The notes below the pieces were generated by a model. It was given only the letters and a program-made list of their open reading frames with translations, was not told the origin of the DNA and did not search any database. 64,000 bases of DNA, from NCBI GenBank assembly GCA_002633005.1, contig NMRA01000416.1, forward strand, positions 343,386 to 407,385. Direction: 5' to 3'. The translations under genes and the position numbers were made by a program. Source of the stretch: Phoronis australis (taxonomy: Eukaryota > Animalia > Phoronida). Positions 24,886 to 37,878 of this stretch are shown piece by piece (positions within the stretch are counted from its first letter, which is position 1; the number at the start of each line of letters is the position of its first letter).

Positions 24886-26859
24886 AAAAATTGCTCCTCT
24901 TCCCCAAGTCTCTGCATGCTATTGAGGCAAACCACTAATTCCGTATGCGCGATTTAGGGAAAGAAGGGTCTTTTAAATAAACCGTTATTGCAATGGTAAA
25001 TTGGTATATTTTTGCTGATGATGGTCGACCGTCAGGGTGACTTATGAAATGTGTATGCAACTGTGTGCCCAGGGATTATAGTCAGTTATTTCCATATTCT
25101 ATGCCATTTCGACTACGTCTGTTGCGCCTGCTGTTTTGATTTAACTTCTGCGAAAAAGTCTGTTGCACATCATCTTTTACAATATCTGTCCCTGGTTCTA
25201 TTGCTATTCACAGATCTGATCGCCATAGTAATACACAAAATGACTCATCATTATCTCATTTGCCCTTGTGCAAAAGTTTTGTCAATCTATCCTATTGTTT
25301 CAATGGAACAGCTTACTAAATAGCTTACAAGAAATACTATCTTCCTCATTACCTACTTCAATGCCATGCGCAAAAACTTATTTCGTAATCTCAAATGTGA
25401 GGAATCGGACATTTTTATATTTCAAAATCCATCGTTTTATCGGAGTTCAACTTTCTAGGCCTCCTTCTTATCTGTATTTATTTGTGTAATATTTTTCGAG
25501 CATTCATTTATTTATTCATATATGTAATAAAATAGTATTTCTGTAATAAATTTATGTGTTTATGCATGCATCTAATTGTATATTTATTTATACATCTTTT
25601 TATTGTTGAACTTATTATTATCATAATTTCACTAATAAATTTCATTTACAGGCCGAACCATCATTAATGGAAATTAATAATCTTTTTTTACTTTTTCATG
25701 TCACCCATACATTGATTTCCCTCGGAGTCCTTAATTTATTTGGACTTTTACTATAGTGTTATGTGTCTAAATGTATGTTGCATTGTGTTGTATTGTGTTA
25801 TGTTGTATTGTATTATTTTGAGAACCGGCATTATTTCATAAATAAGTCAATCAAAACCTACACTGATTGTGGTCATGATGCTAGCTGGATCCGCATTTCT
25901 GCAATAATACTTTGTCTGTATTGTTTGAACAAGGACATATTCCACTAAGTTTAAGAAAATTTGATCGATGGCGATACGACATGCACTTTATTTACCCATT
26001 CAACTATATTTACACTTTACATTGATGTCAAGTTGAAAATCAGTTTCCTTACATGTAAACTATAAAAAATCGCTACTGTTGCTGTCACTCTCGCCCATAG
26101 TTGAGATGCAAATGTTTGGGTTACACTGGGCGCCTGTGGCATCGCTGGAACGCAGATCTCGTGCACCGCGACTACACACTACGGGTTCGCGTGAATGGGT
26201 CGATTGACTTAAACGTATATGCCGATGCGGGCGCGGGAACGCAAAAGCCCGAGTAACCAGACTTCACACTCCTGGGGTTCCCGTGACTACGTCGATAGAT
26301 TTGAACGTATTCGCAGAGGCGCGCGCAGTTCCTTTACTAGGCTTTGTACTTGATTTCATGGCTACCACCAATACAACTTATGGTGATAAAGACCGCTAAA
26401 CATCGACGCTAATCCTTGCTAGAAATTTCACGTCAAGCTTGGGACGACAGGCCAAGCTGTTTTGTTTAGCCTGGGCTGGGTTGCATAAAACTTCACAATT
26501 GTCCGCTGGAAAATTTTGATTGTTGCATGACGTCGGGTGCATTCTTCAACAATAACAACGTGGCGCATGATAATGCGACGTCATTGTTGCTATACAGCGA
26601 ATAACTTTTATGCAACTTGGCCCAGATGCGGAAAGTTTCCGACGTGTAAAGCAAGCATCTGCAGAAAAATATCAGGCGTGTGCAACAGATTTACATCCCC
26701 AAGCTTCATGACGGGTCAGGACCCACTTCAGAAGAGAATCGTGACTGTGAGTCTCAGTGATTTTGCTTGTAATGGAAATCAACGTGGTGCAAAGTGCAGC
26801 GGAGAGAGAAGCCAGAGGTCCATTGTCAGCAATTCGACTTCCATCCAGCAGTGGCTTGA

Positions 26860-27770
26860 TAGATGACCTCACGATCACAACAACGACGCACATCAAGGCA
26901 AGATGGATTCTCACCGCCCTAACAATCTAGAGGATTAGGCAAGAACGTTAGTAAAATCAAAGAAGTCGCGATGTTCAGTTATTGCTAAAGGGAAGGTAAC
27001 CAACAGGTTTGAAATGAAGATAGAAATCCAGATTATCCCATTCATAGCGTAAAAGCCCATCAAGTGCTTAGGGAGATGGTTCAATGCAAGTTTAACTGAC
27101 ATGGACCAGATGCAACAGATAACAAAGCATTAAGACGGTCCCTAGACTATTGACAAAACTGGTCTCCCCGGGAAGTTCAAGTGATGGATTTTCCAACAGA
27201 GTCTCTTACCAATGCTGACTTAGCCTCTGATGGCTTATGAAGAAACGACAACAACAGTCGAAAAACTGGAGAAAACAGTGAACAGTTACTTACGTAGATG
27301 ACGTAGAGTGCCCCCTGTTTTACAAGCGTGGGGCTCTACTGCAGAAGTGCTAAGATACAACTACTCTGGTAGAGGAATTCAAGGCGGCTAAGTCGAGGTT
27401 CGGTGATGACATTAAGGGACTAGCACGATGACCCGATAAGGCTTGCAGGTGTCCAAACGAGAACGGGGGGAAATGATCTGCAAGCAGCGAATCTTAAACG
27501 CAGAACGAAGACACCAGCAAGGTGACTTCATTGGTTCTACCGGCACCGGAAGACAGGGGTTGGGACTCGAGACACGGCAGAGTTGGTAAGGCGACCTGTT
27601 ACCAACACCGTCTAACTTGTGCAGATGGGGTCTGACAGAGAATGCAACGTGTTGACCATGTGAATGAATTGGGCCGTGGAACACTGAGACGTGTTATTAT
27701 CATGCAGGACAACTCTTTCGCAGGGAGATACACGTGGCGTCATGACGAGGCATTAATGGAACTGCATCAA
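26860..27770 (+). mobile_element. Decayed restriction-like-endonuclease non-LTR retrotransposon fragment (HERO/NeSL-like)
   Basis: Interrupted frames give DDLTITTTTHIKARWIL, KPIKCLGRWFNASLTD, IDKTGLPGKFK*WIFQ, VEKLEKTVNSYLRR and SC...SQGRYTWRHDEAL (RHD motif). Confidence 0.75.
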
Positions 27771-30700
27771 TTACCAATCGACCACATCATTTGTTAGACC
27801 TGACAGAAAATGCCACACCGATATTATCATGACGAATCTATCCCTGCTGAAAATTCAAGCCAAAACCCAATTAGAATTGTTAACTGAAGCGTAAGTTTCA
27901 ATTACCCCATTCCCTGCCAACACAATAGAGAGCCAGCTGGCTGGCCTGCCTCAGTTAAGATGGCATCATAAAATTCTCCAACTGAATAGGACTACTTGTG
28001 ACCTTCTTTTTGACCTGGATTTTCATATGGAGGAACCAGAAACCTGTTATATGGTAGTTACATTGGCTGAGAACGAATTTTGTAGAAACGTTACATCCCA
28101 ATAGGCTGGTTGCACTTACATTGCAATTATTTTACAATAAATGAAGTAATATGAAAGATAAGCAATATATCTAATCACACAAGTTTTTATTTTTAAAACA
28201 TGCATACAAATAGATANTACAGTGTCTCGCTAGAAAAGCAACGTCTCGCCAGATTCCGAGAGATGTCGCCTTGTATTTTCAGAGTGATTTTTGCTAGATT
28301 TATTTTTCCTGCGTCGTTCGCTTTCCATGTAATACAACAACGTAGACAAGTTATGATGTCATTGTGAAGTAGTTTATTTTCACCTTCTCAGTCCAGGCTT
28401 ATACTGCACAATAGCCTTACCCACAAAACTCAAAATGGATATTTGATGACTTTGAGCTCATTCCACAAGAATTCTTTGCACGTCCGATGATAGTCTCAAT
28501 TAATATTCGTTACCAAATAATTTATTGATTGAGACATTGCAGTTGACACTCTGATGCAGCACTCCTGGGCGACTTGTCAGTTGCACTGGAGGGTGAACAG
28601 AGACACATGGGCTGCTTGATCACTCTTTCAAGAGGCGAAACCTGCATTAGGTCCATATTTGCCGCACTTGTACAGTCAGGTATATTTTAGCTATATATAG
28701 GGTCAATTTTCAAGACGAGTCATTATTTTTATGGTTAAGACGGAAGTTCAAATAATATACTTAATCTCGTTGAAATTGTGTCATACTGTATTTGAAAAAT
28801 CCAGCAGCACATTTCCAGACGTGGCTGCGATATTATTCCGAGAAACAACTACAAGCAGGACAGTTGAACTTATTCGTTAGCGCCTGGCATCAAGAAACGA
28901 CCGCCTGGAAGTGTTGATCGAAAATAATATTTTACACATAATTGTCACAGGCTTTCCTTTTGGTCCTAGCGGCCTTTCCACAAGTTTGTACGAAACTGAA
29001 AAAGGCGATTGTGCCACACGGTTATTTCCGTGAAAGGACACAACACTTACAAGCGAACACATCATGAAAGTTATATGCTCTTGTAAATCAATGGGACGAC
29101 ACCACCCACCCTCTTCGCGATATTATAATTCAAATGCTGGCGACATCAAGCCAACGCTGCTTTTAGGAACGCAGTCAGGCCACGAGCACAAAATGAGCTA
29201 GCCCAAAGACACCATGCAGAAACCCGCGCATGCGCCATACAGCAACGGATGGTGTCGCTATCTTGTTCGGAAGATCCACTTGTTCAAAAAATTGTACACA
29301 GATTATAGCCCTATGGCTTAGGACAAAGACTATACAGTTCAAGTGCCTTACCGCTCCCCAAAATGACAAGTTCACGACGGCCCCGGAGCTACGAGACTTA
29401 AATGCTCTTACATTGCAGATTCTAGAACTATTACTAACTAGATTTTCCAATTTACGTTTGACTGAAGGGTATCTGTATTCACAGAAAAATAATTCACACT
29501 GAAGAAACAAGTGCTCTAAAAATGTATGGATTTCCGGATCCAGGTATGAAAAAGCAGATGCCAAATTTCTAGGCTCCTTTACTCAAAAAACTCCATTCGG
29601 TGTAAATCGTTCTTCATTACTAGTTCACAGGATTTTGGTCAAACCTGGTGAACCTCAAACGTTTCATTTTTTAAAGGCTAGAACGGTGGTTCAATTTATA
29701 CCTTATTTATGTGTGTGCACCATTTGCTCATCTGAAATTGCCTTCATTGATTTTGGCGATCTTTGTCGAAATTGGTGACTAAGTTGACGGTCTTCATCAA
29801 TCTGAGAGCATTCATTGTATTCTTTCTCACGACATGGACAGATTGGTGATCACTTCGTTTGAGGTAGTGATTATGAGGAAGGCATCTAATAATGACACTA
29901 TCCCAGGTGACATGCCGTTGAATAAACGGAATTACCAATTGAGAAGTAAACTGGCCTTTTGGCGGATTGCGAAAATCGATGCGTGCATATCCAAGGGGTC
30001 AGAATTTTGTTGCCAGTGTAATGAGGTGTTACGCAGATCTTCTGGCCGGTTGGGTTATGTTTGAGTGTTGCGTGACAGCAAATACATTGTTCACATCATT
30101 GACTTAGGCAAGCGGTTTAGTTTTGCTTATACTCTTGCCAGCGTTGGCGCAGTGACTATGACGTCACGTTGCAATTTCCGAGAAACAACGGTAGCATGAT
30201 TTCCCATGGGAAATATGAGTTGGGTCACGGTGAGTCTCGGACAAAAATTGCCTCCCATCATGATAATATTTTTTCGTATTCCGGCTGCAAAGTTCAGCAT
30301 TATCTTATATTCTCACTCTACAGACACAGCTTTTAACGGCAGATGACTGACCTAGCTAAAATGGTGTATTACACTGTAGTTTCTGCATTTATTATTTTAG
30401 TTAGTAATTGACATAACTTGAGTGATCGTGTAAACTACGGCTAGCTAAACTAACTCATTGGCATTGGCAAAAATTTTCACTCAAATTAAACGTCTGAAGT
30501 TGCTGTTGTTTAAGAACAATCCGCCTCTGAATGATTTGGCCGACAGAGGCAGACTTCGACAACAAGATTCAAAAGCAGAAAAACAGCCACTAGGAGACAT
30601 GGAATACTTCAAAACCACCCGACAACGAAAAGACGATGTCATCAATTTGATAGAAACACATTTTGTTAAAATTCATGAAAATCCGACATGGACCTTGGAA

Positions 30701-31387
30701 GACAAAGATCAAAATGTGAAAAATAAAATTGCCCCTAAGGTGCGCGGTGATAGATGGATCCTTCTAAAAGTTTTCGTCGTCTGTTGGCAAGTTCATAGAA
30801 GTGGGCTTGCCAAAATTTACAAAGTTCCTGCAAGAGTTCATGAGACACAACCGCAAAAGCAAAAATATAACTGTCACTAGGTAGCTCCACAGTAGTCGGA
30901 GCAGTTAGAAAATCATCGTCAGCCGTCCTCTTCCCATTAAGAGCACATAACCTATTTTTATAATCGGCCATTCAAGAAGCACTCGCCAAACTGTAAACGA
31001 AAACCATCAAAACGGCCACAAGGTGCAAAAATTGTCGAATTTATCCGAAAACGAGAAATTGGCGTCGTATCTTTAATAGATTATCATTTGCTAAATCATG
31101 TGTATGAAACTCTGTCAAGGAACTCCAAAGATACAGAGCATAACGTTAAAAATATTGATTGCCCCTGCTAGAGGGCAGAGTGATAAACGGATGTAGCTTC
31201 TTTTTCCTAAATTTGACAACAAATAAAATGATCATGCGGCAAAAAGACAGATTTGTATGACGTATGAACATCCTTGAGTCAATCTCCATGAATTTGATGA
31301 TATTTGGCTAAATACATTCCTGGGACGATACACTACCTAAACGTTCCACTTAATTTCTTTCAGACACCTCTTCGCTGGCACCTCAAA

Positions 31388-32065
31388 ATGCAGTTGCCTG
31401 TTACTATACCACCGTCAACCAACCTTGATACTGTAGTGCTCAAATCACCCAAGGTTTTCAAGGCTCTTTCTATTACCCAGTTGGTTGTAGGAATAATTAG
31501 TATCATTTGTGGCGTTATGGCCTTGGCTTCTGACAATAAGATAGACGAGACGGGAGCCCTTCAAGTCGGGACACCGGTACCTTTTGCCATTTCCGGTATA
31601 ATAGGACTTCGTTCTGTGCGCATGCCGACGCCGTGTTTATTGATCGCAAACATGACCCTGTGTGTAATGTCTACCGTTTTTTCATTCGTCTTGTTGGTCG
31701 TCGTGTGGTATTATTCAAATCCGTTGGTCCTGCATATTGCACTCGCTTTCCTGGCGTTTGCAGAGTTCTCCATCTCGATCCTTTTGTGTGCACTTTGTTG
31801 CCAGGCACTTTGTTGCAAGAACCACGCACGTCCAGGTGTGATTATGGAAGCCAGCGCGCCTGACAAGGCAGGTGTTTTGGGACTATCTGTTGCAGCCATG
31901 CCCATGCAGACCCGTACAGCAGACACAACTATGTTATACGAAAGCACTGCACAAGGGATAGAAGAAATGGCACTGAATCAACCAACCGAGACGGAAAATG
32001 GCTCCCAAGAAGAGAATGTGGAGAAAAATGTCATTCTTCCAGGACAGTACCTCGTGAAAATTTAA
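31388..32065 (+). CDS. MS4A/CD20-like four-TM protein, paralog 3 (225 aa)
   Basis: Acceptor TTTCTTTCAG ends at 31363; ATG 31388; four TMs, CALCCQALCC, acidic tail ending PGQYLVKI. Confidence 0.83.
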   Translation: MQLPVTIPPSTNLDTVVLKSPKVFKALSITQLVVGIISIICGVMALASDNKIDETGALQVGTPVPFAISGIIGLRSVRMPTPCLLIANMTLCVMSTVFSFVLLVVVWYYSNPLVLHIALAFLAFAEFSISILLCALCCQALCCKNHARPGVIMEASAPDKAGVLGLSVAAMPMQTRTADTTMLYESTAQGIEEMALNQPTETENGSQEENVEKNVILPGQYLVKI

Positions 32066-35000
32066 GAAACAATAAAACAATCCGCCTTTGTTGTTCCCGT
32101 TTTTCTTGTTGTTGAATTTCAAATAGAATGTCATCCTTCGACTTTATAGAAGTGGGCAGGTCGTCATTTACGACCGGGCTAATACCTCGGGTCACACTCC
32201 TATAAAATCCATGTCGCAGGCGCACAGATTCTAGCTCGCATAATATATAAGAAGAAAGTGGACGCCACCGTGTTTTTATCAGGTTATTGCGACATTTGCA
32301 GTTACACCCTTTGCGTAATTCTAGTTACCCCAGCGTTGTGCTCTTATTCATACATGCATTTTCAGCATTCACGAAGAGAAGGTGTTTTGTGATCGCGTCT
32401 TTCGATCTTTTCAACAGCCAGTTTTACGCAAATGCGCTGGCGGCGAACTTGTTTGTTGCATCATTTTCTACATAAGTAACATTGCACTTGTTTTCATTTT
32501 CAGGCGAAAACTGAGTTTGACTCGATTGTATTTTCTAAGATACCCAGTGTTGAGCTCCTTCCTACATTCACCAGGGCAACCTTCGGGCAATTTGCATTGC
32601 AAAGAGGGGGTGGGGGGGCTGTGAAAGTTCGCCAACTTTCGTTTGTTTCTTCTGATTGTAGGAAGTTAAGTAATTAAGGTTACAGAGGGTGCAAATTATT
32701 TAAAACAGGAGAAAGTCTCTCAAGCAATTTCTAAGAGAATTATTTCATGTCGACAAAAATCATCGAGTGCACCTCTGCTTTGCTGTTTGGTGCTAGGATG
32801 ATAGTTTTCGTGAGGAAATGAATATCTTGAGAACCGGCATTATTCTCGCAGAGTGCGTCATATCCAAAAATACTTTTACTATTTTGTTGTTCTTGGGTAG
32901 ACGAAATCACAGAATGTTTTGGTCAGTTTGTCATGTAGTATCTTGAGTATTCTATTCATAGTATTCTGTACCTTTAAGGCGTTTTCCATCAAAATAAAGA
33001 TGATAAAATTGATCTCGACGTTATTACTGGTCTGGATCAAAAAAGTCCTTGTTTACACCCTGTCACAAGATAAGTGGATAAAAAAATATAAATTTTAACA
33101 GAAAGTACTCTCGATGGTGTTTCTCAAATCTTAAAAATAAATCAACAAAGCCTACCTTGCTACGTCAACCGGGATAAACCAAAATGCCAAAAATCACTTT
33201 CACGAAAGACGTCGCTCTAGTCGGTAAGCGCAGTGTTGGTTTACGTAGTAAATGGCCAAAAAATGGTAAAACATTGTGATTTGTCATTTTCCTCTCTAAA
33301 ATCGTTATTCCACGATTTTCCCGTACTAGAGAGGAGACAAGAATATAAATGCTCTTGCACTCCAGATTCAAAAATATATGTTAAAATATTTCATTACCAA
33401 TCAAGATTTTATCAATCATTTTTCCCTTTTTCTGAAGGCGACCTAACCCTGTATTCGGGCAAGAAAATTTCTAGTGAACAAGGATATTTACTGAAAATGG
33501 CGAGACTTCCTTGTTTCGGTAGAAGAGTGACCAGTTCAAGAAACGCTAGTTCCTCGCTAGAAAAGCAAGATCTGGAGACATTCCGCGAAATATTGCGTGT
33601 ATTTTTTAATGGCAGCACTTGATTTCGGCTAGATTTTACTCACCGCAAGACAGTTATTGAACTCGACCCTGGGTCGCACGCTGGCAAGGAAATCTTGCTG
33701 CCTTACTGTGCTAGCAATAAAATACAACGACATAAACTATATTTATGATGTCATTGTGAAGTACAGTTTTTTCAGCATCTCCAAGCTATTACCGTACAAA
33801 TAGCCTTACTCACACAACTCAAAATCATGACTTCACACTCAATCTAGAAATATTATTTGGACGTCCGACATTGGTTTCCAAATAATTCATTGATTGAGCC
33901 ATTGCAGTTGACACACTGCCGCTGCACTCCTGGGCCGCAACTGTCAGTTCGACTGGAGGGTGAACAAGAGACACGTGCTCCACAAGTAGGCCGCTTAATC
34001 ATTGTTTCAAGAGATCAAACCTGCATTAGGGTCCTTATTTGCCACACTTGTACAGTCAGATATATTTTAACTATCGCCTCAATGAACGATCCCCCTGGAA
34101 AATATTCTCAAACGACGAAATACTCGTGTCAAGCATTAAAGATTTACAAAGAACAAAGACAATTTTGAATAGTGTTGATCAAAAGTACTATATCGCACAT
34201 ATTTGTGCCAGGCTTTCATTTTGCCCCTAGGTCTTTCTATAACATTGTACAAAGCTGAAAATACGATTTTGCCTCAAGATAATACCCATGACTGTCTAAG
34301 CATTTATAAGCGAACAAATCAGAACGCTTCATGAAAGTTGTTCACAAATCAATGGGACGACGCCCTCAACCTGACACTCATACATGTACATTACGTAGTT
34401 TTTACGAACACTCTCAGGTCACGCCGGCACTGTTGCGAAAGTCACAAGCTAGCCCAAAGCCAACATGGCAAAAGTCCGCACAACAGCAACATATTGTGCT
34501 AATATCGTGTCCAGAGCTTTGACTTCTGCTTAACGTGTTCACAAAATTGAATAAACTGCAGGCCTGTGGAATAAAGAGTAAAGGCTACACAGTTGATGTG
34601 GCTGATCTCCACGTAAACATGCACCCATTCGACAAAGTCTTTTTCAATAAAAGCCCTTCTAACCACTGTTGTCTCAAGAAACCTGAAAAACGCATACAAA
34701 AAGCACATTCTATGGGATTTCTCAGGGATAAAGAAATTCAATGAATACATGGAAAATTGAGATGACCAAAATGCGATTTTGATATTGTTCTCCCCAAAAT
34801 GATATATTCACGACGGTCCCGGTTACAGAATCATAATGCTGTTGCACTGTAGCACTGTAGATTCCGACCAGAAGGGGTTAAAATAAGTCTTTACTAATTA
34901 AATTTTTCCAATTTACATTTGTGTGAAGGGTGCGTGTTATTCTATCTCTATCTCTCTAGAAACACTTCACACTCAAAGTCGATGATTCTGAAGTGGCGCA

Positions 35001-36901
35001 TGTTACGAAATTAAAAGTGTAATGGTGACAATTGTATGTAGGAAAAGTATGAAAACAATAATAAAAGAATTCACTTAAAAATAATTCGCGCTGAAGAAGC
35101 TAGTGCTCTCAAAATGGCTGGATTTCCGGATCCAAGTACAACAAAACTGATGCCAAATTTTTGGGCTTGTTTAATCAAACCAACTTCAAAAACTCTTGAA
35201 TTCCATTCGGTTGTAATCGTTCCTCATTTACTAGCCTCGAGAATTTTCGTTAAAACTGTCCAACCACAAAATTTTCATTGTTTAAAAGCTCGAACCGACT
35301 GACCTTATTTGCGTATGTACCATTTCTCATCGGAAATTGCCTTCATTGATTTTGGCAGTCTTTTTCGAAATTGGTGACTTATTCGAGAGTCTTCTTTACT
35401 AGACTAATGTTCTGAGAGTGTTGTATTCTTTCTCACGACATGGACCAGTTTGAAACAATGGTTGGCAATCATGTGATATTCCGTTGAATGAACGGAGTTC
35501 CTAATTGAGACTTAAGTTGACATTTTGACGGAAAATCGGTGCGTGCACATCCCAGAGCACAGATTTGGTGTGCGAATCTAGTGAGGTGCTATGCAGAACC
35601 TCTGGCCGGTTGGGTTGCATGAAACAGCAAAACGTATTTGCTGGATATTTTCGACTGTTGCATGACATCAAGTACATTCTTTATATTATTGAGTTTGGCA
35701 ATCGTTTAATAAGTTCTTCCCTGCGTTGGCAGTGTGGCTATGACGTCACATTGCAATTTTTGAGAAGGAAAGGCAGCATTGTTTTCTACGGGAAGTACGG
35801 GCAAGGTGAATCTGAGGCGAACAATGCCTCCCATTACGCCAGTACGCTTCTCCTATTCTAGCGGCAGAGTTCCCCATTCATTGTATTATACTCTCACTCT
35901 GCTGGTACAGCTTGTGACAGCAGATGGCAGAGCTAGCAAAATTGTGTAATACTTGGTTGATCTTATAAAATATGACTAGCTAAGCTAACTTATTGGCAAA
36001 CTAAACGTCTTGCTGTAGTTCTTCAAGAACAATCCCGCCTTAGAGTGATTTGGTCAACGGAGAGGCAGGCGTCGAGAACAAGATTCAAAAACAGCAAAAA
36101 CAGTCACTAGGTGCATAGAATACGACAAATCCACATAGAAGCGATAAGGCGGTGATGAATCTTTAATAAATACACGTTTGCCAAATTTCGTGAAAATCTA
36201 CCAAGGAACATGGTAGACACAGAAAAAAATGTAAAAAAGTTGCCCCTAGGGTGCGCAGTGATAATCGGATCCGTCAATAATGTCGCCATCTATTGTCAAG
36301 TCCATAGAAACGCACTTGCCAAATTTTATGAAGTTCCTGCAAGAGGTTCATGAGATACTATGCTGCACGCAGAAAAATAACACCTAACACGAGGAAGCAC
36401 CACAGTAGTGGAAGCCGTTGCAAAATCATCATCACCCGTCCTCTTCCCAGTATAAATTTAATAATTTTCATAATTATCCAGAAGCACATGGCAAACCGTA
36501 TACTAGAAAACAATAAAAGCGGCCGCTGCGAAGCCTAGAATATGTCGAATTCATTCAAAAACTAAAAGGTGGCGTCGCCTCCTTAACAGATTCCTATTTG
36601 CTAAATTATATGTATCTCCTCCAAGGAACCCTGGAGATATAGCAAAACATTAAAAAAAATAAAATTACCATTATATTAGGGCGCACAGTGACAGTCCGAT
36701 GTAGAATTCTTCTTGTTAAATTTGACCAAAAAATAAAATAATCATGGGGCCTATCAAATACAGATTGGTATAATGTATAAGAAATCTTGAGTCAGACTCT
36801 ATATTTATGTAGATATTTGGCTTAATACGCAGATTTGTCGATACGTTGCCTAAAACGTTACACTTGATTTCTTTCAGACACTTCTCCGCCGACATCCCAC
36901 A

Positions 36902-37615
36902 ATGCAGCCGCCTGTACCTGTACCGCAGTCAACCAAACTTGATCATGATACTGTAGTGTTCAGGTCACCTAAGGTTTTCAAGGCTCTTTCTATTACCCAG
37001 TTGGTTGTAGGAATAATTAGCATCATCTGTGGCATTATTGCCGTAGAAGTACATGACAGTGTGTGGGTTTTAACTAAACAGCTCGCGTTGTCCGCCTTGA
37101 CAGGAGCCCTAGAAACCTGGACACCGATACCTTTCGTCATTTCCGGTATATTAGGTCTTCTTTCGGTGCGTGTGCGGGCAACGTGGTTAGTCATTACACA
37201 CGTGACCCTGTGTATAATTTCTACCGTTTTATCGTTCGTCCTGTTCGTCGATGCATGCATTTATTCATACCTGTTGGGCCCACATATTGCACTCGCTCTC
37301 CTGGCGTTTGTAGAGTTCTCCGTCTCGATCATTTCGTGTGCACTCTGTTGCCAGGCACTTTGCTGTAAGAACTACGCATACCCAGGTGTGATTATTGAAG
37401 CCGGCGTGCCTCAGTCAGGTGTTCCGGGACTACCTGTTGCAGCCATGCCAATGCAATCCGGTATAGCAGACTCTACGATGATGCGTCCACAAACTTTTCA
37501 AGCACCAATTCAAGAAACGCAAACAAATCAACCTACCATACCAGAATTTGACTCCAAAGAACGGAACGAGGTGGAAGGTGTCATTCCTCCGGGGCAGTAC
37601 CTCGTGAAAACTTAA
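36902..37615 (+). CDS. MS4A/CD20-like four-TM protein, paralog 4 (237 aa)
   Basis: Acceptor ends at 36877; intact ORF; four TMs, CALCCQALCC, tail ending PGQYLVKT. Confidence 0.87.
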   Translation: MQPPVPVPQSTKLDHDTVVFRSPKVFKALSITQLVVGIISIICGIIAVEVHDSVWVLTKQLALSALTGALETWTPIPFVISGILGLLSVRVRATWLVITHVTLCIISTVLSFVLFVDACIYSYLLGPHIALALLAFVEFSVSIISCALCCQALCCKNYAYPGVIIEAGVPQSGVPGLPVAAMPMQSGIADSTMMRPQTFQAPIQETQTNQPTIPEFDSKERNEVEGVIPPGQYLVKT

Positions 37616-37810
37616 AAAATAATTAATCAATCCGTCTCAAGTTCTTTGTTGTTCTTCTTCTTCTTGTCTTAAGTGCAATGTCAACCCTCGCGGACGCTAT
37701 ATGAAAAGGGCCAGGTCGTCATTTGCGACTTGGCGGCCAACATATGTTAAGTCCAGGTTGCAAGCTCACAGATTCTAGATCGCAAAATCTGAAGTGAAAA
37801 ATTGACGACG

Positions 37811-37878
37811 ATGGGCGGCACAGCACTGAAAAAAGTGGGGCTATAGCCCCCCCCAGCCCCTATGGTGCGCTGCCCATG
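37811..37878. mobile_element. Tiny MITE (ATGGGCGGC...GCTGCCCATG); two related inverted copies at ~40183-40352
   Basis: Short TIRs; shared core GCACTGAAAAAAGTGGG...GCTATAG. Confidence 0.5.
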
